A stretch of 32,000 nt of DNA from Methanococcus maripaludis (GTDB lineage Archaea; AGJL01; Methanococci; Methanococcales; Methanococcaceae), in NCBI RefSeq assembly GCF_002945325.1, contig NZ_CP026606.1:240001-272000 (forward strand). Direction: 5' to 3'. The position numbers were made by a program, and so were the translations under genes. Below the pieces are notes generated by a model. It was not told where the DNA came from and did not search any database. It saw only the letters and a list, made by a program, of their open reading frames with translations. How positions within the stretch are numbered: the stretch's first letter is position 1; every line of letters begins with the position of its first letter. Positions 29,866-32,000 of this stretch are shown one piece after another.

Positions 29866-32000
29866 TTATTCCATGTATATTGCAGGTTTGTAAGGTATTG
29901 CAAATTTCTTTTTGCCTTTTACATCCTCACCATTTACAATTACCTTGCAATCGAATTCACTTTCAATAAATGTTTTGGCATTTTCTAGTATTTCTACTTC
30001 AGCTATTGCCTTTTTAACGCCTATTTTCATTATTTCGTTAATTAATTTCATCACTTCTTTTCCATGCCTTTTGAATTTATCTTCTTTCATAACGAGTGGA
30101 ATAAGTGCTTTTACGTTTTTCTCAGCGTTCTCATTCATAAATTCAAGGAGGTCGTATTTCCAGTCGTCTGCAGTGTATAAATACATTTTTTCAGGGTTGA
30201 TTTTTGCAACTCCTTTAATATTTCGAATATCTTCCATTGCAGACTTGATAAATTCTTCCCCAAGTTCTAAATCTTCATTAATTAATTCTGGCTTGATTAA
30301 AGGATACATTTCTTGTGAAATAAATCCAGCATACCCTAATTTTTCCCAGATTTCTTCACAGAGGTGTGGTGTTACTGGGGAGAGTAATTTAGTCCAAATT
30401 TCAACAACTTCTTTTAAAACATTGTTGTTTTCCCCGCCTCTTCGTTTATACCATCTTAAATCATTGATGAGTTCATAGAACATCAAACCAATTTTTCTAA
30501 GCTGGAATTCTTCGTATGCAGTTTCAGCACCTTTTATTGAACTGTAAGTTTTGTGTAAAAGCCATTTATCAATTAAAGATAGTTCTTTTTCAGTTTTTTC
30601 TTCTTCCATGACTGATACTGCAAGTTCGTATAATTTTATTAGATTATCTCTTGCTTTTTCCATTTCTTTGAATTTAACGTCTGCATCTTGCGGAAGTTCA
30701 GCACATGTTGTGATGTAAAATCTCGCAACATCTGCACCAAAGTTTTCTGCAACTTCTGAAACAGGTAAAACCGGACCTTTTGATTTTGAGAGTTTTTTAC
30801 CCTCAATTGTAACGTATCCGTTTATTTCAATCCCTCTTGGCCAGTGTTCTCTTCCAAATAATGCAACGTGGTTGAATATCATGAATGTGAGGTGGTTTGG
30901 AATTAAATCTTTTGCAGAACATCTCCAGTCAAGCGGGTAGTAGTATAAAAATTCTTTTCTCATTTCTTCAATTGTTTCTGTTGGAATTTTTGAATTTTTA
31001 GCTATTTCATCAACATTTCCTTTTCCAAGGTAGACGTAATCAAATAATTCTGGAATAAGCTGTTCTGGAGTTAACCCTTCGTTTATAAATCTTGCAATTG
31101 TGTAATATGCCATGTAAATTGTACTGTCCGATAATGATTCAATAATCCAGTTTTCATCAAACGGCAGTATTGTTCCAAGCCCTTTTTTCCTTGCACAAGC
31201 TTTGTCCTTCATCCAATCAACTTTGTTGTGGAATTCCTGCCTTATTCCTTCTGGAGCAAAGTTCATATTATCGATACATTCGTGTGCGAGTTTCTTCCAG
31301 TTTTCGTCAGAATAGTTGATAAACCACTGTCCTTTTACGGTTTTTATAATGCACTTTTCACCGCACCTGCAGACAACTTTCTGCTCTGAAAATTCGTACA
31401 TTATTTCTGCAATGTTTGAATTTATGTAATCTTTTGTTAATTTTTCTTTAATGTCTTTTACAGAAATTCCTGCGTATTCTCCGCAGTTTTCATTTAATTT
31501 TCCCTTGTGAAATTCGTCCTTGTAGATTTTACTCGTTGCTTGTTCGAGTAACTCTTCATCATTTTGGTCTTTAACTCCCAGTTTTTCCACAATCTCTTTT
31601 GCAGGATATTTATCGTATCCTTCAATTTCGATTAAGGGGATTAAACCTACTTCTTCAACTTTTCCAAGATCCCTTAAAGCAACGTAGTCGTATGGGGCGT
31701 GTGCTGGAACACTCATTACACACCCTGTTCCAATTCCCATTTCAACGAAATCTGCTGGAAGAAGAGGAACTTCTTTTTTCGTAACAGGATTTTTAATTTT
31801 CAAGCCGAGTAATTCGCTTCCTTTAATTTCTTTTAAAATTTCAATTTTTCTATCTTGCTCTTTTAATTTATCTGCACATTCTTTTCCAATAACCCAGATA
31901 CCGTTGTATTTTAAATCAACATCTTCACTATCCAATTTCTGGATTTCATCGTGGACTTCTGCCATTACGTAAATTTCATTTGGATTAACCCACGCATTGG
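29866..32000 (-). CDS. leuS: Leucyl-tRNA synthetase, archaeal type; N-terminus lies beyond the window
   Basis: KLSKSKGPVLPVSEVAENFGADVARFYITTCAELPQDADVKF, GSELLGLKIKNPVTKKEVPLLPADFVEMGIGTGCVMSVPAHAPYDYVAL editing domain. Frame stays open past 31965 to the edge. Confidence 0.95.
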   Translation of the reverse strand, partial: NAWVNPNEIYVMAEVHDEIQKLDSEDVDLKYNGIWVIGKECADKLKEQDRKIEILKEIKGSELLGLKIKNPVTKKEVPLLPADFVEMGIGTGCVMSVPAHAPYDYVALRDLGKVEEVGLIPLIEIEGYDKYPAKEIVEKLGVKDQNDEELLEQATSKIYKDEFHKGKLNENCGEYAGISVKDIKEKLTKDYINSNIAEIMYEFSEQKVVCRCGEKCIIKTVKGQWFINYSDENWKKLAHECIDNMNFAPEGIRQEFHNKVDWMKDKACARKKGLGTILPFDENWIIESLSDSTIYMAYYTIARFINEGLTPEQLIPELFDYVYLGKGNVDEIAKNSKIPTETIEEMRKEFLYYYPLDWRCSAKDLIPNHLTFMIFNHVALFGREHWPRGIEINGYVTIEGKKLSKSKGPVLPVSEVAENFGADVARFYITTCAELPQDADVKFKEMEKARDNLIKLYELAVSVMEEEKTEKELSLIDKWLLHKTYSSIKGAETAYEEFQLRKIGLMFYELINDLRWYKRRGGENNNVLKEVVEIWTKLLSPVTPHLCEEIWEKLGYAGFISQEMYPLIKPELINEDLELGEEFIKSAMEDIRNIKGVAKINPEKMYLYTADDWKYDLLEFMNENAEKNVKALIPLVMKEDKFKRHGKEVMKLINEIMKIGVKKAIAEVEILENAKTFIESEFDCKVIVNGEDVKGKKKFAIPYKPAIYME

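Noticed and set aside
29912-30478. 188-aa ORF antisense to leuS, and the 61-aa plus-strand ORF at 31599..31784
   Set aside because: Serine/phenylalanine-rich shadow translation of the confident leuS gene; no RBS context or recognisable domain.

Overview
This 32 kb window is almost certainly from a mesophilic Methanococcus, most likely M. maripaludis or a close relative. That inference rests on gene content, AT-rich intergenic DNA and GGTGAT-type ribosome binding sites. It is dominated by ordinary chromosomal genes: uvrC (partial), uvrB, a UPF0114 membrane protein, an hcp / ferredoxin / NapH-like / cupin cluster, a NikR-like regulator, an ACT / acyl-CoA ligase / iorB / iorA cluster, corA plus a P-type ATPase, a class III signal peptide pilin-like gene, tRNA-Arg, mfnB, a Na+/H+ antiporter, wecC, wecB, an Nbp35/ApbC ATPase, an MnmC-like methyltransferase, an MptN-like ligase, a DUF1890-like protein, a PadR-MATE pair, and leuS (partial). 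I see no CRISPR array, transposon, prophage or obvious defence island, and I cannot claim a clearly new system. The observations most worth following are: (1) the NikR-family regulator next to the hcp cluster seems to lack the canonical His/His/His/Cys nickel ligands; (2) the hcp-linked redox cluster, whose ferredoxin gene carries an in-frame hexanucleotide microsatellite; (3) the P-type ATPase in a probable operon with corA has atypical ion-site motifs (PQALP in M4, IDLLAE in M6); (4) several perfect inverted repeats in intergenic regions, notably upstream of iorA, downstream of the cupin gene, at the nbp35 promoter, at the padR promoter and at the tRNA-Arg leader. All product calls come from recognising protein motifs by eye; no database search was run.
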